From Oscillospiraceae bacterium (GTDB lineage: Bacteria > Bacillota > Clostridia > Oscillospirales > CAG-272), in NCBI GenBank assembly GCA_015064685.1, contig SVRT01000004.1, positions 55,883 to 119,882 of the forward strand: 64,000 bases of DNA, written 5' to 3'. Positions within the stretch are counted from its first letter, which is position 1. Every line of letters begins with the position of its first letter. The translations under genes and the position numbers were made by a program. This document shows, one piece after another, positions 52,051 to 64,000 of the stretch. Under the pieces are notes generated by a model. The model made no database searches. It was not told where the DNA came from and saw nothing but the letters and a program-made list of their open reading frames with translations.

Positions 52051-52911
52051 TTATTTTTCTGCGGTTACTATATAGCATCCTGTATTATCGGGAGATATCA
52101 CGCAGGATTCAAAGTTATCGGGCAAGACAATGCACCCGTCAACCGACTTCTGCCTTGATACAAGGTATCCGTCGATCTCGTACCACTGCCCTATCTCAAG
52201 CCCCCCGATATATTCCTCGAGCGTTGTGTGATTATTATAAATCACGTCCGAGTGCGGATGCCCCACGTATCTTATATGCCAGGGCTCGAAGCGGATACCC
52301 GTAACGTCCTCTCCGTATGACGGATAACGGATAATAAAGCCGTACTTCCAGGAATGTGAGTTGACGAATCTGCCCGCCGCGGATTTTACAAAGGCATCGC
52401 CAGAATATTTTGCAACGTAGACATCAAGCGCGAGTCCTGTCTGATGCTCACTCGCGCCCGGAAGCGTTGCGGTGAGAGGATCCTCTCTGTAAAGCTCCTC
52501 CTGCTCCTCCGCCGTACGGAAATCGCTTGAAACGTAGAGCTTCTTCCCTGTCTTCTCGCTGACCGCAGCCGAAAGACGCGCATAAGACTCAAGCATGCAT
52601 CTGCTCATATAAACGGTGGTGTCCTTATATTCAAGAACATCCGCCTCATAGTCCTCGGGTAACGTATACTCGGTATTTACGAGCATAAGGCTCTGATCCA
52701 GCGTGATCCTCGGGTCTGCCGCAATTTCGTCAAAAGAATAGGACGTGCAGACAACGTCGGTCCCGTTTATGCCGATGCTTTGGCGAAACCAGCCCCGAGT
52801 CTCTGCGAAAACGTATATCTTATGGTAATTCACCGCCACAGCCACGATAGCTGCGATAAGCAAGATCGCGCAAGAAGCAACGGTGATCAATATTTTTAGC
52901 TTTTTTGTCAT
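52051..52911 (-). CDS. M15 family D-alanyl-D-alanine carboxypeptidase (VanY-like), membrane anchored
   Basis: N-terminal TM helix. SEHQTGLALDV and EPWHIRYVG zinc-site motifs. Confidence 0.8.
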   Translation of the reverse strand: MTKKLKILITVASCAILLIAAIVAVAVNYHKIYVFAETRGWFRQSIGINGTDVVCTSYSFDEIAADPRITLDQSLMLVNTEYTLPEDYEADVLEYKDTTVYMSRCMLESYARLSAAVSEKTGKKLYVSSDFRTAEEQEELYREDPLTATLPGASEHQTGLALDVYVAKYSGDAFVKSAAGRFVNSHSWKYGFIIRYPSYGEDVTGIRFEPWHIRYVGHPHSDVIYNNHTTLEEYIGGLEIGQWYEIDGYLVSRQKSVDGCIVLPDNFESCVISPDNTGCYIVTAEK

Positions 52912-52929
52912 TTTCCTGTTTTTTTACAA

Positions 52930-54330
52930 TTATTCCTCGGTCTTGCCCGTCAGCGCACCGTTACCCTCGGCAACATCTATTCCGCTCACCGAAACAGGGT
53001 GCAAGGACGTGCAGCCGCCAAAGGTATCCTTGCCGATCTTCTTCACGCCTCCAAGCGACACCTCTTCAAGTGCTATGCAGCCGTAAAATGTAGATGGCTC
53101 AAGAGCCGAAAGCGTATCGGGCAAGCTGATCCTTTTGAGCGACTCGCATCCAAAAAAGGCTTGCATTCCAAGGCTTTCAAGAGACTCGCCAAGATTTGCC
53201 GACACCATAGCGTCGCAGCCGAAGAAGGCATCGTCCATAATTTTTGTCACTCGGTCCGGAAGAGTAATGCTCGCAAGCGAGCGGCAGGCGTAAAACGCCC
53301 TTGCTCCGACCGTTTCAAGCGACTCGGGGAGCGTCACGCTCGTAATATATTTGCACGAAGCGAATGCAAACGAAGGAATAGCCGTGCTTCCCTCCGCTAC
53401 CGTCACGTTACGAAGCGAGAGCGGTACGAAATCCCCGTTATAATCGTGGTCGCTCGCACCGAATATTCTGCCGAGATAGTCGCCCTCGGACATATTCAGC
53501 GTGATCGAATTGAGCGCGGAGCAGGAGAAAAAAGCTCCGTCTCCGATTTTTCCAACACCCGAGCAATCAATTGCGTAAAGCGACGTGCAATACGCGAAGC
53601 TATATTCGCCCACACTCTCAACGCCGTCGCCTAGCGAGACGTACACGAGATCGGCACATTCGTAGAGGGCAAGATCGCCTATCTCACTCACACTGTCGGG
53701 CAGGATCAGCGCGGAAAGAGTCTTGCATCCGCGAAGCGCATACTGAGCGATCTCTTCTGCTCCGTCGCCCAAAATGAGCATATCAAGGCTTGCGGGAACG
53801 GTGATCGCGTTTTCGTCATACGAATCCGCGCCAAAGATATGACCGAGATAATTCTTTTCTTCGCCGTCACCGATAAAGGGCAGACGGAGAGTTGAAAGTC
53901 CGTCGCACTCGGAAAAAACGCCCTTCTCCATATTTTTTACGCTGTCGGGAATATACACCGCGCGGAGCGCAGAGCCTGAAAAAGTCCCCTCGCACAGCTT
54001 CACAACGGACACGCCGTCGATGCTCTCGGGCAGGACTACTATATTTCCGTCTCCAATGTATTTTTTGATTACAACACCCGTGTCATCAAGCTCATAGAGG
54101 AAATCCGAGGCGGCCGCCTCGGAATAATCCTTGAATGCAAGCGTTGCGTTCTCTTCGTATTCGAGATATCGCCCGTACAGCTCGCTGTCCTTACCGGTGT
54201 CGACCACGGGCTTGAAATCATCCGCGGGGATCGGCGCTTTTCCGCCTTCTCCGCTCTTCGCCTGACATCCTATCGCCAAAAGCGACAAAAGGAGACATAA
54301 AAGAGACGCAAGAATCTTCTTATTCTTCAT
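52930..54330 (-). CDS. BspA-type leucine-rich repeat lipoprotein
   Basis: ATG at 54330; the track start is TTG. Lipobox LLAIGC. Repeated LPDSV..IGD.AF..C..L units. Confidence 0.75.
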   Translation of the reverse strand: MKNKKILASLLCLLLSLLAIGCQAKSGEGGKAPIPADDFKPVVDTGKDSELYGRYLEYEENATLAFKDYSEAAASDFLYELDDTGVVIKKYIGDGNIVVLPESIDGVSVVKLCEGTFSGSALRAVYIPDSVKNMEKGVFSECDGLSTLRLPFIGDGEEKNYLGHIFGADSYDENAITVPASLDMLILGDGAEEIAQYALRGCKTLSALILPDSVSEIGDLALYECADLVYVSLGDGVESVGEYSFAYCTSLYAIDCSGVGKIGDGAFFSCSALNSITLNMSEGDYLGRIFGASDHDYNGDFVPLSLRNVTVAEGSTAIPSFAFASCKYITSVTLPESLETVGARAFYACRSLASITLPDRVTKIMDDAFFGCDAMVSANLGESLESLGMQAFFGCESLKRISLPDTLSALEPSTFYGCIALEEVSLGGVKKIGKDTFGGCTSLHPVSVSGIDVAEGNGALTGKTEE

Positions 54331-54802
54331 TTTCCTCAAGCTCCTTCTTTTCGCTCGATGCTCTGATCATATGGTAAGAAAAAACGATCAGAAACGGGAT
54401 TATCTGCGCCAAGAACCAGCCGATGCATCCGTCGTATTTTTCAGGGGACTCTCCCTTGACGAACGGAAGCATGGCAAGATAGGTAAAGGCGCAGACGACC
54501 GCGATGATAACAGCCTTCTGCTTCTGCGTTTTAACGGGAAGATACTCTCCGTAGGAATAGACCGCGGTAAGTATCACCGCAACGGCTATCACCGGCGGCA
54601 GATACGAGCCGTAGCGCAAAAGCCACGCAGTATGCTCCATATCTCCCTTCGCCTCATACTCAGCAAGCTTTTCGGGAACGGTATTGTTGTAGATCGCCAG
54701 CATAATGCACATAACCGCACAAAGCCCGACTATGCACAGGGCGACCTTCAATATCCCGTTCGCCATTTTATTTTTTTCCGACAACTTGTTTTTAGCACTC
54801 AT
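54320..54802 (-). CDS. multi-pass membrane protein, unknown function
   Basis: 160 aa with about four hydrophobic helices. It overlaps the downstream LRR gene start. Confidence 0.5.
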   Translation of the reverse strand: MSAKNKLSEKNKMANGILKVALCIVGLCAVMCIMLAIYNNTVPEKLAEYEAKGDMEHTAWLLRYGSYLPPVIAVAVILTAVYSYGEYLPVKTQKQKAVIIAVVCAFTYLAMLPFVKGESPEKYDGCIGWFLAQIIPFLIVFSYHMIRASSEKKELEENEE

Positions 54803-54824
54803 TCTTTTTTTATTTCCTTAAAGA

Positions 54825-55043
54825 TCAGATTTGCTTGTGAACGCTCTTGTACTCATCGTAGTAGCGGTAATACGGACACCCCTTTGTGTTGCCGCCGAGA
54901 AAATCGATCATCTCATCCTCGTCAAGCGACATCGAGCAAACGTACTCTCCCCACTCCTCGTCATAATCGTAAAACTCACAGCTCTCACAATTTCTTGCGA
55001 CGTACTTTGGCGCCGGAGCCGCGCTGTTTTTATTGTTCTCCAT
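54825..55043 (-). CDS. small cysteine-rich acidic protein, unknown function
   Basis: ATG at 55043 with a GAGGGG RBS. CESCEFYDYDEEWGEYVC...GCPYYRYYDEY. Confidence 0.5.
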   Translation of the reverse strand: MENNKNSAAPAPKYVARNCESCEFYDYDEEWGEYVCSMSLDEDEMIDFLGGNTKGCPYYRYYDEYKSVHKQI

Positions 55044-55053
55044 GATAAGCCCC

Positions 55054-55464
55054 TCAAAGATTGCCCTTGTCAAACGCCTCGGGGAGGATGTCTCCGAGCG
55101 TATACGTCTTTATCTCGTTTCCGTCGCAGAGCAATATCTCAAAATCGGCATTGCAGAATTCCGCCATCACCTGGCGGCAGATGCCGCAGGGAGCGCAGAA
55201 AGCCGATAGCTCCTCTCCTCTTTTCGCGCCTACTATCGCGATCGCGGTAAAATCCTTCTTGCCTTCCATTACAGCGTGGAAGAATGCTGTCCTCTCGGCG
55301 CAGTTGGTCGCTCCGTAGGAGGAATTTTCAATATTCGCGCCCTCGTATATACTTCCGTCTGCGCAGAGCAGAGCTGCTCCCACGCAAAAGGAGGAATAAG
55401 GCGAGTATGCTTTGAGTCTCGCCTCAGCCGCGCGACCGACGAGCATTTTTTTATCGTAACTCAT
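55054..55464 (-). CDS. cdd: cytidine deaminase
   Basis: CAERTA and PCGICRQ zinc-binding motifs. 136 aa. Confidence 0.9.
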   Translation of the reverse strand: MSYDKKMLVGRAAEARLKAYSPYSSFCVGAALLCADGSIYEGANIENSSYGATNCAERTAFFHAVMEGKKDFTAIAIVGAKRGEELSAFCAPCGICRQVMAEFCNADFEILLCDGNEIKTYTLGDILPEAFDKGNL

Positions 55465-55475
55465 TATACACCTCT

Positions 55476-56075
55476 TCAGTTTTTCTTAAGCTCCGAGCCC
55501 TCGACGAAATATGCCGCCTCGGTGTCGGCACAGTTGAGGAAGAAGGCAAGCGGAAACATCTCCATCGCCTTTCCGACGTTTCCGGGATTATCCTTGTCAG
55601 CCGAGAATCCCATATGGTAACGGATGGCGAACGCCTCGTCGCGAGTGAGTCTCATATATCCCGACACGATATACACTGACTTTTCGCCGTGTCCGTAAGG
55701 AAGGTTGTCGTCCACCGTGTAGAAAGGCACGGACTCCCACTTTCCCATCTCGTTTTTGACGTTTCTGAAGCTCACGTTATAGAAATTTATCTTGCACACG
55801 TCGTGAAGGAGCGCGGCTATCGCAATGCTCTCCTCGCTGTACTCGATACCGTACATCTCCTTGATCCTCGGACGGCTCATAATGTCGCAAAGGCAGTCGT
55901 ATACGTTGAGACTGTGCTCAAGGAGTCCTCCCTCGTAATTTCCGTGAAAGCGCGTCGAGGCGGGAGCGGTGAAAAAGTCGCTTCCCTCCGAGCAAAGATA
56001 GGCTAAAAGCTTATCTGCGCCCTCTCTCTTTATTTTTGTTTTGTAAATTTCGATAAATCTTTCCCTGTTCGTCAT
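55476..56075 (-). CDS. HD-domain phosphohydrolase
   Basis: FHGNYEGGLLEHS...LLHDVCK is the HD motif. ATG at 56075 with a GAGGG RBS. Confidence 0.7.
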   Translation of the reverse strand: MTNRERFIEIYKTKIKREGADKLLAYLCSEGSDFFTAPASTRFHGNYEGGLLEHSLNVYDCLCDIMSRPRIKEMYGIEYSEESIAIAALLHDVCKINFYNVSFRNVKNEMGKWESVPFYTVDDNLPYGHGEKSVYIVSGYMRLTRDEAFAIRYHMGFSADKDNPGNVGKAMEMFPLAFFLNCADTEAAYFVEGSELKKN

Positions 56076-56151
56076 TATCATCCCTCGTTCTTTGAACATA
56101 TTTATACGATTATATTTTACAATACAAAGCCGGCTTTGTCAAGAGATTTTC

Positions 56152-58830
<2,679 letters not shown>

Positions 58831-58991
58831 TTTTTCTTTTATCTCCAAACCGAAAATAATGATCACTCCCTTTGCCTTTGTCCTTAAGTATATATATGTC
58901 AAAGGCAAAAAAATAATACCGAGGATTATCCCCGATTAGATCAGATACGCTTTTCCGCTCCCCCGCGAACTCCCCATTTGAGCAAAATCTC

Positions 58992-59020
58992 TTGACAATT
59001 TGCCGCTCGGATGATATAAT
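58992..59020 (+). promoter_or_regulatory. consensus sigma-A promoter
   Basis: TTGACA, 17 nt, TATAAT (59015-59020). It is followed by a ~90-nt leader with two hairpins (GCTCAAC...GTTGAGC and GCTTTCCG-TAAC-CGGAAAGC). Confidence 0.7.
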
Positions 59021-59114
59021 GTTAGCGAAGGCTCAACAGTATAGCCGTTGAGCAAAGAAGTGCTTTCCGTAACCGCGGAAAGCCACCAAAACCAAGAAAG
59101 GAAAGGCTACTATT

Positions 59115-60824
59115 ATGAAAAGAAGACACATTTTGACACTTATTCTGTGCCTTATGCTCGCTATGAGTATGCTTCTCACCGCGTGCAACACCTCAGATAA
59201 GAAGGATGACGGCAAGGACAATGATAAAGGCGGCTCCAAGACAGGTGACGTTCAGGCGATCATTGACGATATCGGCTCACTCAATCTCGGCACACTCATC
59301 GAAGAGCTCGATAAGACCGCCGATATGTCTCTCTCCGATGCTCTTAAGGATATAGCTTGCGAGGGTAAATTCAACGTAAACGCAGGCGGACAGACTATGT
59401 CCGGCTACGTAGGACTCAAGGATGGAGTAATCAAGGCCGACGCTATGGGCGAGACCGTATATATGGTTATCTCCGGCAACGATATGATCGCTCTCACTCC
59501 CTCCTACCTCGGCGGCTACAACGTTGACGTGGAAAGCGGCGACAGCATCACTGAAGATCTTGAGGAATCCGTTTCCGACAAGACGCTCGATCTTCTCGCA
59601 GAGTTCAGACTTCCCGCTATCAAGGAATCTCAGCTTACAAAGGAAGACGGCTTATACGTAGTTTCCGAGGATTACTACGATGCAGTTGCCAAGAAGGTCA
59701 TCGATACCTACCTGGCTCTTATGAAGGAATCCGGTGTTCCCTCCGATGCTCTCCCCTCAGGCGACGATTACGATGAGATCGTGGATATGGTAAACGGCAT
59801 CATCGATGCTCTCAACCTCAAGCTCGGATTTGCGGTTGATAACGGCAAGATCTCCGGCATCGCTCTCTCAGTTGACACAAAGCTCAGCGAGATCGCAAAG
59901 GTGGTTGAGGCTGAAATGGATGCTGAAGACGACGGCCCTATCAAGGCAGACGTAAGAATCGACTTCGATCCCGAAACCCTCGTTATCAAGCACGCAAAGA
60001 TAAATGCTGAGATTACAGCAGAGGGCAGACAGGCAAAGATCAATGCCGATCTCACCGCGATCCTTGATAAGGACAATATGCCCGTAGGTCTCAATGCAAC
60101 ACTTGACTGCACTGTTCCCGCAAACGAGTACGACTACGTTGAGTACGGCGAGCCCGACGAGTGGGGCGACTATGAATATGCGGACATCAATATCAATGGT
60201 TCCGCAGAGGTAAAGATAAGCATCTTTATGGATCTCTCAAAGCTCTCCTCCGACGGTGAAGCAACAGTTGTTGATGCAACCGTAGAGTATTCCTCCAAGT
60301 TCACAAGCTGCACAGCAGAGATCTTCGACGAGGATACGTATGAATACGCTGAGATCGATCCCTCCTCTATCGGAGTTGAAGTAGACTTTGCGGACTACAA
60401 CCAGACAGGAAAGATCCTCCTCAAGGTTCAGACAACCGGCAAGAACGCTATCTCCTTCACCCTCTCCGCTCAGACCAACGGTGAGACGGTCAACCTTTCA
60501 GGTGATGCAAGCATCGATCCCGAGAAGGCTGACAACTTCGGCACACTTCCCGCAGAGATCACATCTATCAAGAACGATGCTGACTTCGCCGAGAAGTATT
60601 ACGCGGTCAAGGATATCGCATACGAGCTTGAAGAAGCGTTCTACTACGTAAGCTCCGACGAGTTCTCATACGAGGATTCCTTCCTCTACACAGATGCCGA
60701 GAGCGGTCTTTACGTATACTTCGAGAGCATTTACAGCTATCCCGAGATCCTCACCTCCGCTCCCGCGGACGATTGCATCCCCGTATCTATCGATCCCCTT
60801 ACAGGTGAGCTTGTATTCAATTAA
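59115..60824 (+). CDS. acidic lipoprotein, unknown function
   Basis: Lipobox MLLTAC. 569 aa, Asp/Glu-rich, with no recognisable motif. Confidence 0.6.
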   Translation: MKRRHILTLILCLMLAMSMLLTACNTSDKKDDGKDNDKGGSKTGDVQAIIDDIGSLNLGTLIEELDKTADMSLSDALKDIACEGKFNVNAGGQTMSGYVGLKDGVIKADAMGETVYMVISGNDMIALTPSYLGGYNVDVESGDSITEDLEESVSDKTLDLLAEFRLPAIKESQLTKEDGLYVVSEDYYDAVAKKVIDTYLALMKESGVPSDALPSGDDYDEIVDMVNGIIDALNLKLGFAVDNGKISGIALSVDTKLSEIAKVVEAEMDAEDDGPIKADVRIDFDPETLVIKHAKINAEITAEGRQAKINADLTAILDKDNMPVGLNATLDCTVPANEYDYVEYGEPDEWGDYEYADININGSAEVKISIFMDLSKLSSDGEATVVDATVEYSSKFTSCTAEIFDEDTYEYAEIDPSSIGVEVDFADYNQTGKILLKVQTTGKNAISFTLSAQTNGETVNLSGDASIDPEKADNFGTLPAEITSIKNDADFAEKYYAVKDIAYELEEAFYYVSSDEFSYEDSFLYTDAESGLYVYFESIYSYPEILTSAPADDCIPVSIDPLTGELVFN

Positions 60825-60854
60825 TTTTTGAATATTAACAGTAATAAAAACATA

Positions 60855-60890
60855 ACCGCCGTGTCCGATTCGGACACGGCGGTGTTCTTT
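60855..60890. terminator. bidirectional terminator between convergent genes
   Basis: 13-bp stem ACCGCCGTGTCCG-ATT-CGGACACGGCGGT with T-rich sequence after it and A-rich sequence before it. Confidence 0.8.
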
Positions 60891-60897
60891 ATTATCA

Positions 60898-62286
60898 TTA
60901 ATATCTGTCGGAAAGAGACTGATAATCTCTCGGCTTTGCGATACACTTGTACGCAGGACGGATGATCTTATTCGAGGTGCAATACTCCTCCATACGGTGA
61001 GCGCACCAGCCTGCAACTCTCGCGATAGCGAAGAGAGGGGTATACATCTCGACGGGTATGTCGAGCATACGGTAAACGAGTCCGGAATAAAGGTCGACGT
61101 TCGCGCACATATCCTTGTCAACTCCCTTATAAGCTCTGAAAAGCTCGGGGGTTATGCGCTCGATCTTCTCGAGAAGCTCAAAGTCGTCGCCGTATCCCTT
61201 CTCAAAGGCAAGCTTTTTCGCGTAGGTCTTGAGCATCTCGGCACGCGGGTCGCTCTTGGTATAGATCGCGTGACCCATACCGTAGATAAGTCCGGAGCCG
61301 TCGTATGCTTCTCCGTTGAGTATCTTGAGCAGGAACGCGGCGACCTCACCGTCGTCCTTGATATTGACAACGTTCTCCTTGATGCAGTCGAACATCTCCT
61401 GCACCTTTATGTTCGCTCCTCCGTGACGGGGACCCTTGAGCGCGCCGATAGCCGCGCTGATAGCAGAATAGGTATCTGTTCCCGAGCTTGAAAGCACGCG
61501 GCAGGTAAATGTCGAGCAGTTACCTCCTCCATGCTCGGCGTGGACCGCGAGGCAGAGGTCAAGAAGTCTTGCCTCCTCCTTGGTGTAGCTCTTGTCGGGA
61601 CGAAGCACGCGCAAAAAGTTCTCCGCAGTGGTCAGATTGTCCTTGGGGTTGTGGATATTAAGGCTCTTGTCGTTGAAGGCATTCTGGTATACCGCGTATG
61701 ATTGCGCCGCGATAACCGGTAGACGTGCAACAAGCTCCATGCTTTGATGAAGCATATTCTCAAGGCTGGTATCGTCGGGATTATCGTCGTATGAGTAGAG
61801 TGAAAGCGTTGCCGATGCCATCTTGTTCATTATCGAGCGCGAGGGCGCCTTCATGATAATGTCCTCGGTAAATCTCGGGGGGAGACGTCTGTATGCCGCC
61901 AGAAGCTCGTTGAATTCGTTAAGCTCCTGCTCTGTCGGAAGGTGTCCGAAGAAAAGAAGAAAAGCGCACTCCTCAAAGCCGAATCTGTCCTCTTTCACGA
62001 AGTTATTTACAAGCGTTGCGATCTCGTATCCGCGGTACTCAAGCCGTCCCGTGTCGGGGCATTTATCACCCTCACTCATAACGTATCCGTGAACGTTACC
62101 GATTCTCGTAACACCCGCGGTGACACCTGAGCCATCCGCTTCTCTGAGTCCTCTCTTGACTCTGTAATTATCGAATGCCTGCTTGGGTATGACGTACGCG
62201 CTTCTCGCGTCGTCAAGCATCGCCTGAAATTCCTTTTCTATATCCTCATCGTGATCGCTCTGATGGTTCTTCGAATAAAGCTGCAT
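60898..62286 (-). CDS. citrate synthase (Si-type family)
   Basis: ATG at 62286 with an AAGGAGG RBS. GPRHGGAN, YGMGHAIYTKSDPRA and ARVAGW motifs. Confidence 0.85.
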   Translation of the reverse strand: MQLYSKNHQSDHDEDIEKEFQAMLDDARSAYVIPKQAFDNYRVKRGLREADGSGVTAGVTRIGNVHGYVMSEGDKCPDTGRLEYRGYEIATLVNNFVKEDRFGFEECAFLLFFGHLPTEQELNEFNELLAAYRRLPPRFTEDIIMKAPSRSIMNKMASATLSLYSYDDNPDDTSLENMLHQSMELVARLPVIAAQSYAVYQNAFNDKSLNIHNPKDNLTTAENFLRVLRPDKSYTKEEARLLDLCLAVHAEHGGGNCSTFTCRVLSSSGTDTYSAISAAIGALKGPRHGGANIKVQEMFDCIKENVVNIKDDGEVAAFLLKILNGEAYDGSGLIYGMGHAIYTKSDPRAEMLKTYAKKLAFEKGYGDDFELLEKIERITPELFRAYKGVDKDMCANVDLYSGLVYRMLDIPVEMYTPLFAIARVAGWCAHRMEEYCTSNKIIRPAYKCIAKPRDYQSLSDRY

Positions 62287-62420
62287 CACAATCCTCCTTG
62301 CCTTCTCCCTCCCCTCTTTACGGGTGGAGACAAAAATGTACTGCGTTAATGCCTTATTATAACGCTTAATATCAAAATTTGCAATTAACAAATTGTAAAC
62401 TTTCACATTTTGGTATCAAA

Positions 62421-62466
62421 GCACAATAAAACACCCAAAAATTGCAAGTTCTTGGGTGTTTTTATT
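62421..62466. terminator. terminator hairpin downstream of the CDF gene
   Basis: ACACCCAA...TTGGGTGT stem with T-runs on both strands. Confidence 0.6.
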
Positions 62467-62481
62467 CAATTTCGATTGATT

Positions 62482-63645
62482 TTACGATCTGTCGACCGTC
62501 GTCACCGTGAAGAATACCTCATTGTATTCGCTTACACGCTTCGCGATCTCGCGCTTGAGCTCCAAGTCGCTCATTTTTAGCTCAAAGGGCGCATTGACGT
62601 CAAAGATAAGATTTGTGTGAGTCACTCCCCTGACAAACCTGAAATCATGAATATCAAGCCTCTCATCGATCTCTTTGACAAGGGCGCGAACAACGTCACG
62701 CATCTCGCTGACCTCTTTGTCGTTCGTCACGATCGGGTCCATGTGGATATTCGACTGAATTCCAAGCTCGGTGTTGAGCCGTCTCTCAATAGAGTCGATC
62801 ATATCGTGAGAGTCAAATACGCTCCTGTCTCCGTCGACCTCGATGTGAAGAGTCACGATCGTGCGCCCCGGTCCGTAGCTGTGTACCACCATATCGTGAA
62901 TGCCGAGCGCGTCGGGAAACTCTGACACGATCTTCTTTACGCTTTCAACAATCTCGGGGTCTGCGCTCTCACCAAGTATGGCATTCTTGGTCTCGTTGAG
63001 TATCTTGATGCCCGCGATAAATATGATCACCGCAACGATCACACCCATATATCCGTCGGCATCAAAGCCCGTAAATCTGAACACAAGCATCGCAATCAGC
63101 ACCGCCGCAGTCGCGATAGCATCAGAAAGCGAGTCCGCCGCGGTCGCCTTCATAACCGACGAGCCTATCCTGTCGGCAAGCCGCCTGTTGAAAAGGCAGA
63201 GCCAGAGCTTTACGAATACCGACACACCGAGAACAATTATCATAAGCCAGGAAAACGTGGTCTTGATCTCGGGATCGAATATCTTTGCCACAGATTCACT
63301 CAGCACGTTCCAGCCCACGAGCAGAATGAAAAATGAAACGATCATCGAAGCGACGTATTCTATCCTCGCGTGACCGAAGGGGTGGTCGCGGTCGGCAGGC
63401 TTTGCCGCCATTTTAAAGCTGATAAATGAAATGATCTGCGAGCCCGCATCGGACAAGTTGTTGATACCGTCCGCGGTCAGCGAGATCGCGCCGAATAAAA
63501 GTCCGACAACGCATTTCCCCGCCGCCAGAATCAGATTGAGAATAATTCCGACCACGCTTCCAAGCGTGCCGTACGCGCGTCTCACCTCGGGCGAGCGCAC
63601 GTTTTCTCTGTCCTTAATAAATAACCTACATAAGATCTCTGTCAA
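62482..63645 (-). CDS. cation diffusion facilitator (CDF) family transporter
   Basis: Six TM helices with ADGINNLSDAGS and ATAADSLSDAIAT motifs, plus a C-terminal cytoplasmic domain. Confidence 0.85.
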   Translation of the reverse strand: MTEILCRLFIKDRENVRSPEVRRAYGTLGSVVGIILNLILAAGKCVVGLLFGAISLTADGINNLSDAGSQIISFISFKMAAKPADRDHPFGHARIEYVASMIVSFFILLVGWNVLSESVAKIFDPEIKTTFSWLMIIVLGVSVFVKLWLCLFNRRLADRIGSSVMKATAADSLSDAIATAAVLIAMLVFRFTGFDADGYMGVIVAVIIFIAGIKILNETKNAILGESADPEIVESVKKIVSEFPDALGIHDMVVHSYGPGRTIVTLHIEVDGDRSVFDSHDMIDSIERRLNTELGIQSNIHMDPIVTNDKEVSEMRDVVRALVKEIDERLDIHDFRFVRGVTHTNLIFDVNAPFELKMSDLELKREIAKRVSEYNEVFFTVTTVDRS

Positions 63646-63761
63646 TTAAAGCACCTCAAATAACTTTTTCTAAAATCATTAATCAAGTATTACAAAACCT
63701 CGCTCAAAGCATAACCAATCCTCGAGAAACGGGAGTGCTTGAACGCGAAAAATGGAAAAAC

Positions 63762-63843
63762 AAGCCGCGCAAAAACTTTTCGAGACAAGGCGCACCGCAA
63801 AAAGCAAAGCGATGGCGTAGTTCCCTACGTCGAGCTGCTTTTG
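63762..63843. repeat. ~82-bp direct repeat, unit 1
   Basis: AAGCCGCGCAAAAACTTTTCGAGACAAGGCGCACCGCAAAAAGCAAAGCGATGGCGTAGTTCCCTACGTCGAGCTGCTTTTG. Confidence 0.9.
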
Positions 63844-63917
63844 AGGAGCAACGCAGTATCGGGAAGATTTTGATGGCTTTATTCGCCCGTTTCCAAAAAA
63901 CAGTAGTTTGGCAATAA

Positions 63918-64000
63918 GAAGCCGTGCAAAAACTTTTCGAGACAAGGCGCACCGCAAAAAGCAAAGCGATGGCGTAGTTCCCTACGTCGAGCTGCTTTTG
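63918..64000. repeat. ~82-bp direct repeat, unit 2 (reaches the window edge)
   Basis: Same sequence as unit 1 except for one visible substitution (CCGTGC vs CCGCGC). The period is 156 bp. Confidence 0.9.

Overview
The window reads as a chromosomal segment from a Gram-positive anaerobe, probably Clostridia-like. The evidence is GGAGG-type ribosome-binding sites, sigma-A consensus promoters and the gene content. This is a guess, since no search was possible. All protein family names come from motifs I recognised by eye in the supplied translations. No rRNA, tRNA, CRISPR array, cas gene, transposase or recombinase was seen. Gene blocks, left to right: (1) 1-14.9 kb is a cytoplasmic glycan-utilisation cluster: three tandem beta-helix paralogs, a DUF5107/TPR-like protein, an AraC regulator, a GH2 and a GH35. 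(2) 15-31 kb holds pfkA, a PflX-like radical SAM protein, MarR plus a heterodimeric ABC exporter, an ECF sigma / membrane protein / vWA lipoprotein operon, an alpha/beta hydrolase, metG and nagA. (3) 31.6-46.5 kb is a complete glycyl-radical-enzyme bacterial microcompartment (BMC) locus of the aldolase-containing GRM5-like kind. It encodes ackA, a class II aldolase, an acylating aldehyde dehydrogenase, a Zn alcohol dehydrogenase, seven shell genes, pduL, a PduS-like protein, the GRE with its activase, and a PduV/EutP-like protein. A ParA ATPase with an overlapping gene for a lysine/alanine/proline-rich, probably disordered protein follows directly. (4) 48-64 kb holds an ArsR/HMA/P1B-ATPase metal module, VanY-like and LRR proteins, cdd, an HD protein, a P2-type ATPase, citrate synthase and a CDF transporter. 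The most unusual feature is non-coding. Fourteen copies of a modular, concentric-palindrome intergenic element share the termini AAATTGSGGTTTA and AAATCAAAATTTGAAA but carry swapped, mosaic and inverted interiors. For these repeats, strand '+' means the AAATTG end is on the left. Further palindromic families flank the GRE gene, and there are arrays of 'conserved 7-mer + variable hairpin' units. The two leads I rate highest are this repeat system and the ParA/disordered-protein pair as a candidate McdAB-like positioning module for the BMC.
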